From a virus, in IMG/VR virus record IMGVR_UViG_3300047323_000673, positions 64,001 to 128,000 of that record: a DNA stretch of 64,000 nt, one strand, 5' to 3'. The notes beneath the pieces were generated by a model. That model saw only the letters and a list, made by a program, of their open reading frames with translations. It searched no databases and was not told the DNA's origin. Of this stretch, positions 10,104 through 20,310 are shown piece after piece (positions within the stretch are counted from its first letter, which is position 1; every line of letters begins with the position of its first letter). Both the position numbers and the translations under genes were made by a program.

Positions 10104-11591
10104 ATGTCACTTACTCACACTACTATTTTACTAAATAATTTTAATAATGTTGTTACTAGACATATAGATGAAATACAAGAAAAAGAATTAAAAATTATTT
10201 TAGCTTTAAGCGATTTATTGGAAGAACCTGATGAATATGAAGATAACTTTATTAACAAGAGCTTAAAGTATTTAAAAGAGAATTATGCATTAGATAAAAG
10301 TGTTTGGAAGGTTTTATTAAAACTTTATGAGGAGATTCCTGATTTTTGTGAAGTATTATCTGATTGGGAAGAGCCTGGTTATGCAGGTTATGTAGGTGAT
10401 GTCTCACCAATATACAAATTTGCTTATTTTAATTGTAGATATCCTATTAAAAATCATGACATAGGAAAAGATATACGCGAATACAATATAAAGAAATTAT
10501 TTTATTTTATCGGTTTATTATGTAAACATTTTTCTACTGATGAATCATCTGCATATATAGGTTTATTTATTAAAGAATTTGATATTAAAAAATCTCCATT
10601 TTCTATTAATAATTTGATCGAATTTTCTAAGAGATTAAGAGAAAATGGTGAAGGGAATATAAGTACATATAACATGATGATTTTCTCACAATACTTTAAC
10701 ATGCAGAATAATTTATATTTTACATTGCGGAAACTTTACTATTATTATTTTGAGATTAAATATCCACAAAAATGGAATAATAAGGAAAATTTTAAAATAA
10801 TTATGGAATTTACATTTAATAGAATGAATATTCAATATACCAATGTATTAGAGACATTTCATAGCATAATTGCTTCCTATAAAAAATATACAAATGAAGA
10901 ATTTATTAGTTATAAAGGGTTGATTGAACTTAAAAGCAAAACTATAGCATTAGAAGACAAAATTAACATAAATTATTTATTAACAGAGTTTGATAAAAGT
11001 GAAAAATATAATGAGGTGCAATCTCAAGTATTTATTGAATTAATAAAGCTTGTTCACAAATATAATGACAATGTTTTAAAAGGAATAGATAAAAGAGAGA
11101 TTATTCATGACTATTTAGGTCAAAGTAATGATTTTATTAAAAAAGCTGCTACAGAGAATGATTTTAGTTTAAATAATTTAATTTCTTGGTCTAATGAGTG
11201 GCATAAAAAAGGTGAAAGCAGAGGAAAGAAGGAAGAATTCCAAGTACATGATATTGATATGATTATAGATAATTATGTATTGGAACAAATTAAAGATAGT
11301 CATCAATTACATGAAGAAGGTAAGACTCAATCGCACTGTGTTTATACATATAAATCAAGATGTTTAAAAAATCAAACCATAATTATTTCGATGAAGAACA
11401 ATAAGGGGGAAAGAGTTTCTACAATAAGATTAGAAAAAGGAAATAAGGTATTAAGTTTTTTTAAGAAAAAACAAACATGGTATATTGCAGAGAATCGTAA
11501 GAGATTTAATAAAACTTGCAGTACAAAAGAAAAAGAGGTTGCACAAAAATACTTTTCACTCATACAAGAAAAAATAAAATTAATTAAATAG
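10104..11591 (+). CDS. PcfJ-like domain protein, untagged
   Basis: C-terminal WSNEWH...LHEEGKTQSHCVYTY...RVSTIRL matches the PcfJ-like LxxEGxxxxHCVxxY motif. Confidence 0.7.
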   Translation: MSLTHTTILLNNFNNVVTRHIDEIQEKELKIILALSDLLEEPDEYEDNFINKSLKYLKENYALDKSVWKVLLKLYEEIPDFCEVLSDWEEPGYAGYVGDVSPIYKFAYFNCRYPIKNHDIGKDIREYNIKKLFYFIGLLCKHFSTDESSAYIGLFIKEFDIKKSPFSINNLIEFSKRLRENGEGNISTYNMMIFSQYFNMQNNLYFTLRKLYYYYFEIKYPQKWNNKENFKIIMEFTFNRMNIQYTNVLETFHSIIASYKKYTNEEFISYKGLIELKSKTIALEDKININYLLTEFDKSEKYNEVQSQVFIELIKLVHKYNDNVLKGIDKREIIHDYLGQSNDFIKKAATENDFSLNNLISWSNEWHKKGESRGKKEEFQVHDIDMIIDNYVLEQIKDSHQLHEEGKTQSHCVYTYKSRCLKNQTIIISMKNNKGERVSTIRLEKGNKVLSFFKKKQTWYIAENRKRFNKTCSTKEKEVAQKYFSLIQEKIKLIK

Positions 11592-11649
11592 ATAAAAAAT
11601 TTTTTTTATTAGTAATTATAGATGGCAAAATTAGTAGATATCCTGGTAT

Positions 11650-11678
11650 TTGAATAATGCTCTTAATTTAATTATAAT
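11650..11678 (+). promoter_or_regulatory. sigma70-like promoter of 11706-17617 unit
   Basis: TTGAAT-17 nt-TATAAT; GGA SD before ATG 11706. Confidence 0.5.
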
Positions 11679-11705
11679 AAATATAAGATAATCATTTGGA
11701 TAACT

Positions 11706-13172
11706 ATGAATAAAAAAGAATTAGATGCACAATATCAAGAACATGCTCAATTTAACTTAACTAAGCTTATTAGAAGGAATTATGAAGTTGGAACTCCACT
11801 TCCTAAAGAATATTTTGATGGATTAGATTTTTTAGAAGAATCCAGTAAAGTTTTGATGTTACCTTTAAATGGAGCTTATGGAAGGCAACATCGTTACGAT
11901 GTGAAGCAAACCTTAGCAGAAAATATAGTTTCATTACTTCCTTTTGAATATTATAAAGAATATATTCAACCGAATTGGATTGTTTCTAATAATTTTAATA
12001 ATAATGGAATTATTCGTACAGCTTTAGATGAACAAAAATATGATTTTTTATATGAAATTTTATCGCAATGCAAAGAATATTCAAAAGAACATTTTGACAT
12101 GAATAAGCGTGAAGATAATAAATTTATCAGTTCTTATGAAAGTTCATTATTTAATCACATTTTAGATTTAGATAATAATTTATCACAATTAAAAAATTTA
12201 AAGCTTCCTCAAGAATCATATGATAATTATTTCAAATTATTTAAAACTACTTTATCGGATTTTAAAGAATATTATAATAAAAAATATGAGATATTATTTA
12301 ATGCACCTGTAATGGATCATTTACAGTTTGATGATGAATATTGGTTTCTTGATTTTAATAAGATGGAAAGTATTTTCAAAAAATATAATAAACGAGATGC
12401 TATTTTAGAGATTTTGGCAACCGATTCAAAAGCGTTTGATTTTTTTAAAGATGTTGTTACTCAGTATAAATATGCTGAAGAAAATCCATTTCTTGAACAA
12501 AATCTAATTGAAAATGCCTTTAAATATGGGAATAAAAAAGTCATTAATTATTTAATGAAAAATAAATTAATTAATTCTAAAAATTTAACTCAAGCTTTTG
12601 AAACTGTTTTACAAGAATGGGTTAATAATGAAGAAGCAAAAACAAACGATAGATATGATAATAAATTAGGTGATAATTCAGTTTATCTAAAAAATTTATT
12701 AGACCTTCTACAAAAAAATGCTCCTGAACATGAAATTGAAAATTATGGATTATTTTCACATATACTTCCAGCGAGCGATCAAAAACTATTTGATGATGTA
12801 ATTGAGAAATATCCAAAATTAAAAACCGAAAAACTAAAAGATGGATTGACACTAAATCAGTGGCATTATGCAAAGCAGTTATTTAATGACTTTATTAAGG
12901 ATAATAATTTTAATCTAGTAAAATCTAATGTAGGTTGTAATTATACAAGTTTTGATTTGTTTTATATGGATAAAATAACAGAACATTATACTGATGCAAA
13001 AGAAGTTAATTTAGATGAGAAAATAGCAATTGATGAAATTATTGTTATTAAATTTTTACCTTTATTAAATACAGAATTAAACGGAAAGGAAATCACAACT
13101 ATTTTTTATAATTACACATTAAATAAGCAAATGCCAGAGAACAAGACTGAAGGAAAAAAGTTAAAGGTATAA
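11706..13172 (+). CDS. large helical hypothetical protein, tagged
   Basis: 488 aa; one ankyrin-like stretch (AFKYGNKKVINYL); ends YTLNKQMPENKTEGKKLKV. Confidence 0.8.
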   Translation: MNKKELDAQYQEHAQFNLTKLIRRNYEVGTPLPKEYFDGLDFLEESSKVLMLPLNGAYGRQHRYDVKQTLAENIVSLLPFEYYKEYIQPNWIVSNNFNNNGIIRTALDEQKYDFLYEILSQCKEYSKEHFDMNKREDNKFISSYESSLFNHILDLDNNLSQLKNLKLPQESYDNYFKLFKTTLSDFKEYYNKKYEILFNAPVMDHLQFDDEYWFLDFNKMESIFKKYNKRDAILEILATDSKAFDFFKDVVTQYKYAEENPFLEQNLIENAFKYGNKKVINYLMKNKLINSKNLTQAFETVLQEWVNNEEAKTNDRYDNKLGDNSVYLKNLLDLLQKNAPEHEIENYGLFSHILPASDQKLFDDVIEKYPKLKTEKLKDGLTLNQWHYAKQLFNDFIKDNNFNLVKSNVGCNYTSFDLFYMDKITEHYTDAKEVNLDEKIAIDEIIVIKFLPLLNTELNGKEITTIFYNYTLNKQMPENKTEGKKLKV

Positions 13173-13173
13173 G

Positions 13174-13944
13174 TTGCAAAAGGATTTTATAAAAATGATA
13201 AATGATAATCTTAGTCAAGAAGAAGCTATAAATTTAATTAAAGGTGATGGCAAAAACATCCATAAAAGATGGTTTTTTTATCAAGATTTTTCTGATAAAT
13301 TAAAAAATGATGTTGAATTTAATATCAAATTAATTAATGAAACTGGAATAGGTTTACATTTTTTAAAAACTCAACAAAATAATAAAGAAGTAGTTATGGC
13401 TAGTATTAAATGCGATGCAAATAATTTAATGTATGCAAGTGAAGAATTAAGAAATGATAAAGAAATAGTCGAAAATGCTATTAAAAAATCTGTATTATGT
13501 GTAGAGTATGCAAGTGAAGAAATGAAAGATGATAAAGATATTATTTCATATTGTGTTTCTATATTGGGTTCAAGTTTAGAGTATGCTAGTGACAGACTAA
13601 AAAATGATAAAGAAGTAATAATTGCTGCTATATTAAATAATCCATCCAGTATAGAATATATTTCGGAAGATCTGCAAAATGATATTGAAATAATGCTTAT
13701 AGCTGTAAAAGATAATGCAGAAAATCTTTGCTATGCTAGTGAAGAATTAAAAAATAATAAAAAACTTGTATTAACCGCTTTTGAATATTCTGATAGAGCA
13801 GGTTTTTATGTAGGAAAAGAGCTTCGTAAAGAGATAGGTAAAAATAATCCAATTGCTTATCTAAAATCAGCTTTATTACATGATGAATTAAATAGTGATA
13901 TTATTAATAGTAAACAGCAAAGTAAATCTAAATTAAAATTATAA
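13174..13944 (+). CDS. DUF4116 repeat protein, tagged
   Basis: LxYASEELxNDKEIVxxAI repeats; TTG start (ATG 13195 alternative); ends SKSKLKL. Confidence 0.85.
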   Translation: MQKDFIKMINDNLSQEEAINLIKGDGKNIHKRWFFYQDFSDKLKNDVEFNIKLINETGIGLHFLKTQQNNKEVVMASIKCDANNLMYASEELRNDKEIVENAIKKSVLCVEYASEEMKDDKDIISYCVSILGSSLEYASDRLKNDKEVIIAAILNNPSSIEYISEDLQNDIEIMLIAVKDNAENLCYASEELKNNKKLVLTAFEYSDRAGFYVGKELRKEIGKNNPIAYLKSALLHDELNSDIINSKQQSKSKLKL

Positions 13945-13947
13945 TAA

Positions 13948-14706
13948 ATGACTAAAGAACAATATAAAAATATAACTGAAGACGAAGCTATTGCCTTAAT
14001 TAAACCTACTTGGGCAAATAATCGTCGTGAATGGAGTAATTACGAGCATTTTCCTGATAGACTAAAAAAAGATATTAATTTCAATCTTAGAGCTATAGAG
14101 GAAGTTGAAATACCTTTATCATTTATAGAAGAATTTCAAAATAATAGAAAAGTAGTTATTGCTAGTTTAAAGAAAAGTGCAGATAATTTGGAATATGCTA
14201 GTGAAGAGTTAAGTGAAGATAGAGAGATAGTGGAAATTGCGTTAAGAAATTTTTCTTCATACATACAATTTGCGGGGCCAAAATTAAGAGATGATAGAGA
14301 ATTAATATTAAAGTGTGTTTCTAATAATGGCATGTGTTTAGAATTTGCTAGTGCTAGATTAAGAAATGACAAAGAAGTAGTTATGGCTGCGGTTAAAAAT
14401 ACTTCTTACAGTATATGGTGTGCATCAGATGAATTAAAAAATGATATGGAAATAGCTTTGATAACTATACAACATAGTGCTGAGAATTTTTTCTATATTA
14501 GTGAAGAATTAAAAAATAATAAGAAATTAGTATTAATGACTCTTGAGAAATATCCTGAAATGATTTCCCATATTGGAGATAATCTTAGTAAAGAGATTGG
14601 TCCTAATCACCCAATAGATTATTTAAAAACTGCTTTATTGACAGAAGAATTAAATAATGAACTTAGTGATGCTAAGAAAGAAAATAAAAATAAACTGAAA
14701 TTATAA
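13948..14706 (+). CDS. DUF4116 repeat protein, tagged
   Basis: same repeats; ends KNKLKL. Confidence 0.85.
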   Translation: MTKEQYKNITEDEAIALIKPTWANNRREWSNYEHFPDRLKKDINFNLRAIEEVEIPLSFIEEFQNNRKVVIASLKKSADNLEYASEELSEDREIVEIALRNFSSYIQFAGPKLRDDRELILKCVSNNGMCLEFASARLRNDKEVVMAAVKNTSYSIWCASDELKNDMEIALITIQHSAENFFYISEELKNNKKLVLMTLEKYPEMISHIGDNLSKEIGPNHPIDYLKTALLTEELNNELSDAKKENKNKLKL

Positions 14707-14716
14707 TGGATGAAAA

Positions 14717-15475
14717 ATGAGTGCTGAAGAATTTAAAGATATTACTGAAGACGAAGCTATTGATGCAATTAAACGAATCCTGAAATGGGGTAGTAATGAT
14801 TGGACTATTTATGAGAAATTTCCAGATAGATTAAAAAAGAATATTAAATTTAATCTTAGAGCTATTGAAGAAACAAAAATACCCTTATCTTTTCTTAAAG
14901 AGTTTCAAAATAATAAAAGAATAGTTAAAGCTTGTATTAATAACAAATCTTCTGATTTAGAATTTGCAAGTAAAGAATTAAAAGATGATCTAGATATAGT
15001 TAAATTAGCTATTAAAGATAATGCTTTAAATCTTAAACATGCAAGTGATAAATTAAGTAATGACAAAGAATTTGTCTTATATTGTGTTTCACAAAATGGT
15101 ATGAGTTTAAGATATGCAAGTAATAGATTACAAAATGATAGAGAAGTTGTTAAGATTGCTATATCACAGAATGGCCAAAGTATAGATTATGCTTCTCCTA
15201 AATTTCAAGATGATGAAGAAATAGTAACTATGGCTGTTAAAGGTTCTTCAGAAGCACTTCATTCTGCAAGTGAAAGATTGAGAAATAATAAGAAAGTTGT
15301 ATTAATTGCTGTTGAAAGTCATTCTGATGCTCATTTTTATATAGGAGAAGAACTCCAAGAAGAAATAGGTGAAAACGAACCAGTTTCTTATTTAAAAGCA
15401 GCCATATTACAGGAAGAATTAAGTAGTGATATTGTGAATGATAAAAAAGAGAAAATATCTAAACCAAAATTATGA
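14717..15475 (+). CDS. DUF4116 repeat protein, tagged
   Basis: same repeats; ends KISKPKL. Confidence 0.85.
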   Translation: MSAEEFKDITEDEAIDAIKRILKWGSNDWTIYEKFPDRLKKNIKFNLRAIEETKIPLSFLKEFQNNKRIVKACINNKSSDLEFASKELKDDLDIVKLAIKDNALNLKHASDKLSNDKEFVLYCVSQNGMSLRYASNRLQNDREVVKIAISQNGQSIDYASPKFQDDEEIVTMAVKGSSEALHSASERLRNNKKVVLIAVESHSDAHFYIGEELQEEIGENEPVSYLKAAILQEELSSDIVNDKKEKISKPKL

Positions 15476-15492
15476 TAGATTGATTATTTAAG

Positions 15493-16257
15493 ATGAATAA
15501 TGACAAATATAAAAATATGACAGAAGATGAAGCAATAGCTTTACTTAATTCATATTCAGGAAATTACAGAAACGAAATGAGTAACTATGAAAAACTTCCT
15601 GATTGGTTAAAAAAAGATATTAATTTTAATATTAGGGCCTTAAATGAAACTGAGATATTATTAGATTCTCTAACAGAATTACAAAATAATAGGGAAGTTG
15701 TTATAGCTGCTATAAAAGTTCATGCAGGAGACTTGAAATTTGCAAGTGAAGAATTAAAAAATGACAAAGAAATCGTTAAGCTTGCTATTGACGAATACCC
15801 TGCTTGTATAATGTATGCAAGTGATGAAATAAAAAACGATAAAGATATGATCTTATATTGTGTTTCTCAAAATGGGTTTTGTCTACAGTATGCTAATGAT
15901 AGATTAAGAAATGATAAAGAAGTAGTAATAGCAGCTATATTGAATAATGGAGAAAGCATACAGTATGCTTCTTCTGAACTAAAAGATGATGAAGAAATAG
16001 TTATTATGGCTGTAAAGAGTAGCCAACAAGCTCTTGGCTATGCAAGTGATAGACTTCGTAATAATAAAAAGGTTGTATTGGTTGCTCTTGAAAGTTTTGA
16101 GTGTTCTGGTTTTGATATAGGACTAGAAATCCGTAAGGAAATAAATGAAAGTGGAAAAGACCCAATTTCTTATCTAAAAGCAGCTATATTACATGAAGAG
16201 TTAAGTAGAGATATTATAAATAATAAAAAAGAGAAAATATCTAAACCAAAATTATAA
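15493..16257 (+). CDS. DUF4116 repeat protein, tagged
   Basis: same repeats; ends KISKPKL. Confidence 0.85.
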   Translation: MNNDKYKNMTEDEAIALLNSYSGNYRNEMSNYEKLPDWLKKDINFNIRALNETEILLDSLTELQNNREVVIAAIKVHAGDLKFASEELKNDKEIVKLAIDEYPACIMYASDEIKNDKDMILYCVSQNGFCLQYANDRLRNDKEVVIAAILNNGESIQYASSELKDDEEIVIMAVKSSQQALGYASDRLRNNKKVVLVALESFECSGFDIGLEIRKEINESGKDPISYLKAAILHEELSRDIINNKKEKISKPKL

Positions 16258-16269
16258 TGGCTAAATTAT

Positions 16270-17202
16270 ATGAAAAATAAATTTTTTTTGTTTTTATCAA
16301 ATAGTATTCAATTAATGAGGAGTAATAATAAAAAATCTATAATTATTGCTTATGATAAGGAACATTTAAGGGATTTAATTGCAAAGGAAGTCAATCAAAA
16401 TGGTGATAGATGCAGTTTGAACCATATTGATGTAAGTCAAATTACAGATATGAGTAATTTATTTTCCCTATCTAAATTTAAAGGAAATATCTCCCAATGG
16501 GATGTTTCTAAAGTCGTGAATATGGAAAAAATGTTTTACTGTTCTAAATTTAATGGTGATATCAGTAAGTGGAATGTTTCTAATGTAAAATATATGAATT
16601 CCATGTTTTTTAATTCAGTTTTTAATCGAGATATTTCTAAATGGGATACTTCTAAAGTCAATAACATGGAGTTTATGTTTAATGATTCAAAATTCAATAA
16701 AGACATTTCAAAATGGAACACTTCTAATGTTGAGAATATGGAAGGCATGTTTAGAAAATCAACTTTTAATGGTGATATATCAAAATGGGATGTATCTAGT
16801 GTATTGAATATGGAAGCACTATTTGCAATGTCTGAATTTAATGGGAATATTAGCAATTGGAATGTTTCTAATGTTAAAAACATGAGTTATATGTTTTTTG
16901 AATCTAAATTTAATGGGAATATTAGTAATTGGGATGTTGGAAATCTTGAGATTATGTATAGTATGTTTCCTCATTCAAATTTTACTGGAGATTTATCAAA
17001 TTGGGCACCTTATAACCTGAAATTTATTGATTCTGTATTTGATAATTCAAAAGTTCCAATTCCTTATTGGGCTCAATATACAGATCAAGAAGAAAGATAT
17101 AACCATATTAAAATTTATCAGTTAGAACATGGATTAGTTAAAGAATTAAATGAAGAGCTAGGAAAAAAAGATACTAATAAAAAAAATAAATTTAAGATAT
17201 AA
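16270..17202 (+). CDS. DUF285/BspA-like repeat protein, tagged (8 repeats)
   Basis: same repeat and caps as the 639-6689 array; ends KKNKFKI. Confidence 0.85.
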   Translation: MKNKFFLFLSNSIQLMRSNNKKSIIIAYDKEHLRDLIAKEVNQNGDRCSLNHIDVSQITDMSNLFSLSKFKGNISQWDVSKVVNMEKMFYCSKFNGDISKWNVSNVKYMNSMFFNSVFNRDISKWDTSKVNNMEFMFNDSKFNKDISKWNTSNVENMEGMFRKSTFNGDISKWDVSSVLNMEALFAMSEFNGNISNWNVSNVKNMSYMFFESKFNGNISNWDVGNLEIMYSMFPHSNFTGDLSNWAPYNLKFIDSVFDNSKVPIPYWAQYTDQEERYNHIKIYQLEHGLVKELNEELGKKDTNKKNKFKI

Positions 17203-17203
17203 T

Positions 17204-17617
17204 ATGAAAATAAGTAAAACTACTAACTACAGACTTCAATTTGATAATGAAACTTTATGTGATGTATATTTAGCGAGTACATTGTACAAGTATATTTTAG
17301 AAAAAGATGATAATTTAGAGATGTATGTTGGCTTCTCTAGTGATGATAATCCTAATGGAAATCATGATTTTTTATATTCTGATCTCAGTGTAAATTCTAA
17401 AGTAATTAAAGAAATAGAAAAACATATAAAAGAATTTTTAACGGATTTTGAATTAATTTTTGAAACATTGGAGAGTCAATGTGAAGATGAAATAATTACT
17501 GATGATATAGAATTCTATGAGCAATTCAAAAATTTATCTAAAGTCTTTAAAGAAAAAAATAGTTTAGAGTCAGAACTTAAAAATAATGGTGAAAAATCCA
17601 AAAAGATAAAAATCTAA
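17204..17617 (+). CDS. acidic hypothetical protein, tagged
   Basis: 137 aa; ends SLESELKNNGEKSKKIKI. Confidence 0.75.
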   Translation: MKISKTTNYRLQFDNETLCDVYLASTLYKYILEKDDNLEMYVGFSSDDNPNGNHDFLYSDLSVNSKVIKEIEKHIKEFLTDFELIFETLESQCEDEIITDDIEFYEQFKNLSKVFKEKNSLESELKNNGEKSKKIKI

Positions 17618-17628
17618 TATCGTAATAT

Positions 17629-18249
17629 TTAAATTTTTGGCCTTTTTATGGGTTTTTCATTTGTTCCTAGCTCAATATTTAAATCTTTATTAAGCTTTTC
17701 ATTATCAAAAACTCTTTGTCTTTCTTCTTTGTTATAATTCATAAACCAAGGTATAGTTGCAGGACAAAATTTGAATGCATCATAAGCTTCAGCTAAATTG
17801 TATGGTCGCCATTTGGATAAGTCGTGACTAAAAGAAGATTTATAAAACATATAACCAATACTTTTGATACTGTTAACATTCCAATTAGAAATATCTTGAT
17901 TAAAATTAGATTGTTTAAACATAGCAAACATATTAGTAACATTTGAAACATCCCAATTAGATATATCTTGGTCAAAACAACTATCTCTAAACATGGCAAA
18001 CATATTGGTAACATTAGAGACATCCCATTGTGAAATATCTCCATCAAACTGAGACTTTTGGAATAGATGGCTCATATCAGTAATATTAGACACATCAATA
18101 TGGTTTAAATTACATTCGTCCCCATTTTTTCTTATTTCATTTCGAATTAATTGTTGTAAGTGTTCTTTATTTTTAGCTATAATTTTTTTGGACTGTTTAT
18201 TTTCTTCATGACCAAAAATATTTAAAAATTTTAGGAAATAATTGTTCAT
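17629..18249 (-). CDS. DUF285/BspA-like repeat protein, tagged (4 repeats)
   Basis: same repeat and caps; [13 protein letters not shown] duplicated; ends IKRPKI. Confidence 0.85.
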   Translation of the reverse strand: MNNYFLKFLNIFGHEENKQSKKIIAKNKEHLQQLIRNEIRKNGDECNLNHIDVSNITDMSHLFQKSQFDGDISQWDVSNVTNMFAMFRDSCFDQDISNWDVSNVTNMFAMFKQSNFNQDISNWNVNSIKSIGYMFYKSSFSHDLSKWRPYNLAEAYDAFKFCPATIPWFMNYNKEERQRVFDNEKLNKDLNIELGTNEKPIKRPKI

Positions 18250-18854
18250 ATTTTTATTTTCTTTTCAGATTGATTATTTTTATTTAACTCTAACTCTAGC
18301 TTATTATTAAGTATAATAGAATTAAACTGTTGAGCAGAAAAATAAAGACCATATTTAAAATAAGATTCATTTTCATAATCATAAAGACTTTTAAATAAGT
18401 TGATACAATATTTCTTTGAAGTACAGTTATGTATAAAATCTTTATTCACTTGTATTTTAAGTTCATGAAAATTAAGATTAATAATGTCATCTTCATAAAC
18501 AGTAAATGTCCCGACAGAATCGGGAAGAAATTCAAAGGTAGAAATTTCATTTGCATGAAAACAGAAATTTTCTCCTATTTCTTTTGGGCAATGCTCTAAT
18601 GATTTTAATTGATTATGTGTGCAGTCAAAATTACCTTTTACTTTATTGGGACAACCCTTTAAGGAAATTAATTTATTATTCCAAATAGAAAATCCACCGT
18701 TTATGATACCAAATTGAACAGGAATTTTAGTTAATTTTTTAGCTATTAAATCTACATCACCATCTACATCAACAGTTAAGTCATTATTGATGGTATAGTT
18801 TGTAACCTTCATTTCATCTAGCCAGGTTTTTATTTCATCTTTTGTTTGTAGCAT
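18246..18854 (-). CDS. LRR-like repeat protein, tagged
   Basis: N-cap [31 protein letters not shown]; LxSLxGCPxxVxGxFxCxxN repeats; ends EKKIKI. Confidence 0.75.
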   Translation of the reverse strand: MLQTKDEIKTWLDEMKVTNYTINNDLTVDVDGDVDLIAKKLTKIPVQFGIINGGFSIWNNKLISLKGCPNKVKGNFDCTHNQLKSLEHCPKEIGENFCFHANEISTFEFLPDSVGTFTVYEDDIINLNFHELKIQVNKDFIHNCTSKKYCINLFKSLYDYENESYFKYGLYFSAQQFNSIILNNKLELELNKNNQSEKKIKI

Positions 18855-18879
18855 ATTTAAACCTTAAATTTATTAGCAT

Positions 18880-19389
18880 TTAAAATTTGGTTCTTCTATA
18901 TGGCTTATTTTCTTTGGATCGATTAGAATTCTGAGGTTTTTTATTAATATCTTTTAGATATAAATTATCAGGTAATTGTTGATGTTTTGTATATTTTCTC
19001 TTTTTCCCCAAAATTTCTAAGAATTCATGACCTAACTCTTTATATGCTTCTTTTCTTGTCATTCCTCCAGTCATTTTTCCTTGAATTGTTATCCCAATTA
19101 TAAAATAAAGCATTCCCGCAGCGCCTAATGCTGTAAACCCTAATGCTGTAAAGGCAACAACTTTAAAAGTTTTTTTTAATATTGATGATTCAGTTTTTTT
19201 TGATGGCGCTGAAGATACAACAATGTGATTTTGTTCTAGAGAATTATTGTATTTGTTAGATTTAGTATTAATTTTTTGTTCAATAGATGGCTTCCCTATA
19301 TGATTTACCTTTTCAGAATGATTAAGTTCTATTGGTGCAATCAAAGGAATGGTTAAAGCAGCTATTTTTAAGAAATTTTTATATCTCAT
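18880..19389 (-). CDS. putative membrane protein with basic tail variant
   Basis: hydrophobic N-terminus and internal TM segment VVAFTALGFTALGAAGMLYFIIGI; ends KPYRRTKF. Confidence 0.65.
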   Translation of the reverse strand: MRYKNFLKIAALTIPLIAPIELNHSEKVNHIGKPSIEQKINTKSNKYNNSLEQNHIVVSSAPSKKTESSILKKTFKVVAFTALGFTALGAAGMLYFIIGITIQGKMTGGMTRKEAYKELGHEFLEILGKKRKYTKHQQLPDNLYLKDINKKPQNSNRSKENKPYRRTKF

Positions 19390-19411
19390 GATTTATTATT
19401 GTTATTTAATA

Positions 19412-19439
19412 ATTTTATGATGCTAAAAATAAAAGTCAA
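19412..19439 (-). promoter_or_regulatory. sigma70-like promoter
   Basis: TTGACT-16 nt-TAAAAT upstream of ATG 19389. Confidence 0.55.
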
Positions 19440-19538
19440 TCATTAAAAGTTAATGTATAAATAAGACTCTTTGTTATGAGCTTTATATTTTTATTAAAAA
19501 AATTGAATGGTTAATAGATAAATTAAACTTGCTCATGA

Positions 19539-20306
19539 CTAAATTTTATTTTTCTTAATGGTTAACTTATTAGAATTTAGTTCACCTTGTAATTCTCTTG
19601 CTTGAAACATTTTTTCCGCTTCTATACATTTATATATTTCAATACTTTCGTTAATTCTTTCTGTTTTTGGAATTTTTTTGTCAAAGATTAAAAAATTTAA
19701 AATATTAGTATTGCAATGATTACATGCTTGTGAAAATCCAAATTCTATATCTCTTGGATCTATAACTAGGCGATAATCATAAATATATTTAAAAATTTCA
19801 ATATTGTTATTAGAGCAGACATTATTTATTAAAGATATATAGCCAATACTAAAAAGATAATAGTGATCTTTATTTGAATGATTTAAGTCTATTAATGCTT
19901 TAAACAGATTTAAATCATCGTTTTTGGCTGCATCTTTAAGTGAATTAAAAAAAGTATAATCGAAGTTGTCATCGTGTTTGTTTTTAAATTTAGGATGATT
20001 AGTAAGGTATGAAATAATTGGATAGGTTTTTTCATTATGACTCTCTATTAAGAATTTGAAAGCTTCATTAATAATAGGTTTTTTACTTCTGCAAGACAAA
20101 GCCAATGTTGCAATTTCATCCACAATATCTAAATTTCCAGATAAACAAGCATATATAAAAAATTTTCTTGAACTTTGATTTTTTTGATGAAAAGTAGATT
20201 TAAGATTAATTTTAGACATAACATCTTTAATGCCAATCAAATCTGCATTATCACAGGCTCTAAAAAAATCATCAAATAATTCTTGTTGTATTTGTTCTTC
20301 ATTCAT
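19539..20306 (-). CDS. divergent ankyrin-repeat protein, tagged
   Basis: ACxxGxLxIV helical repeats; FLIFDKKIPKT cap; ends IKKNKI. Confidence 0.8.
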   Translation of the reverse strand: MNEEQIQQELFDDFFRACDNADLIGIKDVMSKINLKSTFHQKNQSSRKFFIYACLSGNLDIVDEIATLALSCRSKKPIINEAFKFLIESHNEKTYPIISYLTNHPKFKNKHDDNFDYTFFNSLKDAAKNDDLNLFKALIDLNHSNKDHYYLFSIGYISLINNVCSNNNIEIFKYIYDYRLVIDPRDIEFGFSQACNHCNTNILNFLIFDKKIPKTERINESIEIYKCIEAEKMFQARELQGELNSNKLTIKKNKI

Positions 20307-20310
20307 GATA

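Noticed and set aside
19464-19484. Possible terminator between 19539 and 19389 genes
   Set aside because: Stem is short and imperfect (AGACTC/GAGCTT); not supportable.
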